Below, one piece after another: positions 59,501-64,000 of a stretch of 64,000 nucleotides of DNA (its first letter is position 1; each line of letters starts with the position of its first letter). Origin of the DNA: Alloascoidea hylecoeti (taxonomy: Eukaryota); contig BCKZ01000005.1 of assembly GCA_001600815.1 (NCBI GenBank), forward strand, positions 71,532 through 135,531, written 5' to 3'. A program made the translations under genes and the position numbers. The notes below the pieces were generated by a model that made no database searches, was not told where the DNA came from, and worked only from the letters and a program-made list of their open reading frames with translations.

Positions 59501-62500
59501 TTTGATAATAAATAAATAATAGGCTTAAACTATGTGTAGTTCTTCTCTAAAAATTAACGGATTCTCAAGGATTTTTATATATTGATATGTATTTTGCTTC
59601 CTTTACTCCACATTGATTTATAACTGATGATCTATTTTTCAGTATACCCTAAACCACACAATACGATTTTAGCTTTTCATATTGATATGCTCTAGTTTTT
59701 GAATCGAGAGTCTTAATTGGTATATTACCTTGTGGGTTAGGACAGGGCAAATGGAAAATGATTTCATAACTCTACATATAGCTAGTTATAACATTAAGTT
59801 ACTTAAGCCTGTGGTATATATTTTTGTAAAATAGAGATTATAATATAAAATACATATGCAACACTTTTATGTAAATGGAAATACTCCCCCGCCTAATCAA
59901 AACATACGAAAAAAATAAAGGAGGGGTTTTGATCCACGGCTAGCCATTTTGGTAAATATTTTATTCAATAGCTTGGAATTGAACTTTTGTGAGTCAAATT
60001 GTGACATAAGTTCTAGATCAAAGTAAAGTTCGGCAATGATGTGCTTTGCCTATTGCAACAGATACGATCGATTTCATAAATTAATCCTTTTGCTCTATTG
60101 GCAATTCTCAGTTTTGTATCAACTATGTACTGCAATGTTAACCATCATATAAGAATTGGTTTTAGTATCGATATATCCTTGCCATTGCAATTGTTATTTC
60201 CAACATTTTTCATAGAGTTTGCTTATTGTTGATTAACCCTTAATGGTAAGGCTAATTATATAATTATGCATACATGATTAATTTGTAGCAAGCTTGAGCG
60301 TTGAATGAGTCTATTTCCGTTCCACCAGACATATACATATTAATTATTCATCAATATGCTTAAATTTGTGGGGAAAATAGGGGAAATATATTATTATAGA
60401 AGTTAATAGGTTACATAGAGATTATATATCATTTATATAGTACTCCAACGATTATGGATGATTTTTCCGAAATGTTTCGGTAGATATTTTTGAATATTTT
60501 GGATGGTTTCCGGATGATATCGATAATTTACCGATTCATCGGAAAAGTATTTTGTAGGTTTTCAAGTAAATAACTTGTGTATTTCCAAAAGATTTGCCCT
60601 GATAAATTCTAAAGAATTATTCGTTTTCTTTTGAAATGTGATTTCGCCAAGCGTTTGGAAAAAGTAAGCTTTATATTTTTTCTTTATGCAATGATATGCA
60701 TCCCCCAAAATAATTTTCCCTAACAATTTTTCCCAAACAAGTCAAAATTTATTTGAAGTTACCGCGAATTAATTTTTTATTTTGTGGTGAAAACCATTTC
60801 AATAAATGGCGGAATATTTTCTGAAAAGCAAAACAAAACTTTCAGAAATACACAAAATATTTTCTGATACCCCACAAAATACTTTTTTAATAAATATGCT
60901 TTATTTCCGGGAAACACGCAAAATATTAACATAACAGCCAAAACTTTTCGGAATTCCCCATCGTATAGTGAAAGTAGACACAACATCTAGATGCAGTATC
61001 TGAATTCGAACAAGAATGTTAAAATTTTAATTACTTTACATTTACACCTATTGCAATTGGTAGCTTATTATGAGGAAGAAACTAAAATATTACAGATAAT
61101 TATTTAGTGTTATTTATAAAAGATTATTGGAAATTATAAAAATTAATTGGCGCTGTAAGGATATAGCGGTTTTATGATTGAAGAAAAGCTTGTGTGACTC
61201 TCGTGCATCAGAGATTCAGAACCTGGCAAGCGATATGCGATTTAAAAGATAATTCTATGAAATCTGAAAGGAATTAGTGAACCAACCACCCACATCCAAA
61301 TATTTACTGATTACAAGTTTGATTAGATCTCTATTTTGACTAGAAATTCATTAACGAATTATCTAAGAATTGTTTAGTGATAATCCCCAAAACTCTTCCG
61401 CAACTTGTTTAAGGATTAACTAGCGATTTAACGATGAGATCAGAAAAGCTAACGTTTCCTCAACTCCCTAATTACCTAGGCCTAGAAATTTATCAACGAT
61501 GCGTCTAGAATATTTTTAGCCCCTACATAATTATATATTAGCTATTACTTATAACGAGGGTCTTATAATCCTAGGATGTACCCTCGTTAGTTAAATCTCT
61601 TTATGTATGATATTTGATATCGATGATATATATTTAATTGTCTACAGAATGTTACTCACGGGAGTCATGGGCCATGGCTATGTTAAACCCATAACATAGG
61701 AATATTAAATAGATATGTAAAAGGACCAATGGAAATGTCCTGAGGCAGACTAATAAAATATTTATTTGGATACATCTAAAATAAGGTTATAATAATCTTC
61801 TTCTTTTCTTACAAGTGAACCAATTGCTACATTGCAATATATATATATAGTTATAAGTGCACGTGTGTAACCTCAACTAATACTAATATTGATTATCAGT
61901 AACTGGCCCAAGATTTAAACACTAGCTATAGCTAGTACTAGCATAGTAGCGATAAAGAACCTTAAGGGTTATATGTCTCGTTGTGAACCAGCTAATAATC
62001 ACTAGCTACTGGTTAGTACCGGTGTATAAGTTGTAATTTCCATAGTTAGACATTAAATTTTTTATAATGATATCATCAATGATAATTATAACTTCAACCA
62101 CTCCCGATCGTTCCCCAACTGTTAACAAATAATTTAACATTATAGTGCTTGTAGCCTTGTACTACGCCACATTGGAGGCTCCAATAATACATAACGCTCC
62201 CTACCAAATGTCCAATATGTTTTTCTTCCAATTGTATATGCAAACCGGAACAACAGAACAAGAAATAATAATAATATAATTCCTATTACTTCGAAAAGAG
62301 CGGGGATATCTATATTACGATAGTGAAGTCACATCGTGTTGTATAGATAGCCAATCAAATAACTGTAATTACTCATTCCCCGTACAAGCGATTACCCTGA
62401 AACCAAAACCGTTATAATTGTAAGGAAAAGCGTATCTCACTATTAATTATTGGCATGCTTATCTGTAAGGTAATTGTACCTGCAGCCGTGCGTCGGATAT

Positions 62501-62748
62501 ATTTTTCCTGGTTGTAGACCTAGTTGAATAACCATTAGTCTCCTCTTATTTTCCAAAAAACACCAAAATCATAACTTCGGTCAATAGGCACATTTTATTT
62601 GTTAATAATTAAGTATGAGAGTTTGATCAATTGTAATTGAAGTCAAAATGAGGGGTAGTCATATCAAAACAGAATATTTAAACTCTAGAAGTAGCACAAA
62701 GTTCTCATATCATCATTTTTATTGATTACCACTCAATTATCTTTTACA

Positions 62749-63963
62749 ATGTCCTCAACTTTAAGAACAGCTAGATTAAGCAAATCTCTACTCAAAACTC
62801 AAGCTAGATCTTTTTCTGCAACCGCTGCCGCCAATGTCCACGGTTTTTACATTTCACCAATCTCTCTCTTTGGTGAAGGTGCTGTTGAAGAAGCTATGAA
62901 TGTTATTAAGAAAAAGGGTTTCAAGAAGCCACTCATTATTACTGATCCAGGTATTGTTAAAGTTGGATTAGCTGACACTGTTGGATCTTTGTTAAAGGAT
63001 AGAGGTATTGCTTCAACCTTGTTTGGAGGAGCTCAACCAAATCCATCTATCGAAAACGTTTCAGATGGTCTTCAAATGCTCAAAGATAATAACTGTGACT
63101 CTGTTATCTCAATTGGTGGTGGTTCTTCTCACGACTGTGCTAAAGCTGTTGCTCTTGTTGCTGCAAATGGTGGAAAAATTCAAGATTATGAAGGTGTTGA
63201 TGTTTCTGATAAAGCCCAAGTTCCATTAATCTCTATTAACACAACTGCCGGTACCGCTTCAGAAATTACAAGATTCACAATTATTACCGATACTCCAAGA
63301 AAGGTTAAGATGGCCATTGTTGACTCCAATGTTACTCCAACAATTGCCGTTAATGACCCAGCTACAATGATGGGAATGCCAAAGGGTTTGACCGCTGCTA
63401 CTGGTATGGATGCGTTAACACATGCTATTGAAGCCTATGTATCAACTGGTGCCAATCCAATTACAGATGCCTGTGCCCTAAAGGCAATCGATCTTATCAT
63501 TGAAAATTTAGAAACAGCAGTTGTCAATGGTCAAGATAAGACAGCAAGAACAAACATGGCATATGCTGAATATTTGGCTGGTATGGCTTTTAATAACGCA
63601 TCCTTAGGATATGTCCATGCTATGGCTCATCAATTGGGTGGATTCTACAATTTACCACATGGTGTCTGTAATGCCATCTTGCTTCCACACGTTCAAAAGT
63701 TCAACTCCAAAGCTGTTGCAGCTAGATTAGGAGATGTTGCCAAACACTTAAAGGAATCTGAACACACAGCAGAAGCAGCCATTGCAGCTATCGAGAGACT
63801 CTCCAAGACAGTTGGAATTCCAGATGGTTTAAGAGGTCTAGGAGTTAAGGAAGCTGATTTTGAGATCTTGGCTGAGAATGCTATGAAGGATGCATGCGGT
63901 TTCACCAATCCAATTCAACCAACAAAAGCTGAAGTTATTGAATTGTTCAAACAAGCTATGTAA
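62749..63963 (+). CDS. ADH4: Iron/zinc group III alcohol dehydrogenase Adh4 with a mitochondrial-type presequence
   Basis: [41 protein letters not shown]-terminus [23 protein letters not shown]. Confidence 0.9.
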   Translation: MSSTLRTARLSKSLLKTQARSFSATAAANVHGFYISPISLFGEGAVEEAMNVIKKKGFKKPLIITDPGIVKVGLADTVGSLLKDRGIASTLFGGAQPNPSIENVSDGLQMLKDNNCDSVISIGGGSSHDCAKAVALVAANGGKIQDYEGVDVSDKAQVPLISINTTAGTASEITRFTIITDTPRKVKMAIVDSNVTPTIAVNDPATMMGMPKGLTAATGMDALTHAIEAYVSTGANPITDACALKAIDLIIENLETAVVNGQDKTARTNMAYAEYLAGMAFNNASLGYVHAMAHQLGGFYNLPHGVCNAILLPHVQKFNSKAVAARLGDVAKHLKESEHTAEAAIAAIERLSKTVGIPDGLRGLGVKEADFEILAENAMKDACGFTNPIQPTKAEVIELFKQAM

Positions 63964-64000
63964 TCACATAGTATATTATAGCCAATTTCCTGTCTATATA

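Overview
AT-rich budding-yeast (Saccharomycotina) chromosomal segment. It has short spliceosomal introns (RAC1, BZZ1, CDC34, FRE). CTG reads as Leu at conserved positions, so the host is not in the CUG-Ser clade; intron style and the presence of RAC1 suggest an early-branching lineage such as Dipodascaceae/Trichomonascaceae (inference). Genes in order: RAC1, a Ccw12-like GPI wall protein, SNG1-like, an F-box/WD40 pseudogene, AVT1, BZZ1, PTC5-like PP2C, a large orphan membrane protein, APP1, a hypothetical, two tandem aldo-keto reductases, tRNA-Phe(GAA), a tail-anchored hypothetical, APE3, an LrgAB-like transporter, a partial L-rhamnose catabolic cluster (LRA4, Zn2Cys6 TF, LRA2), a ferric reductase with an apparent internal deletion, a remodelled FAD-oxidase, PTR2, an AKR pseudogene, CDC34, and a divergent ALD/ADH4 pair. 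Main leads: (1) a sarcosine-oxidase-fold protein with a ~240-aa Pro/Thr/Tyr insertion and lost active-site motifs (candidate exapted pseudoenzyme scaffold); (2) an orphan two-TM protein with seven tandem LC8/Dyn2-type QT motifs; (3) an LrgAB-type carboxylate transporter attached to the rhamnose cluster; (4) a sharp GC island starting inside RAC1; (5) an AKR duplication history with conversion and compensating frameshifts.
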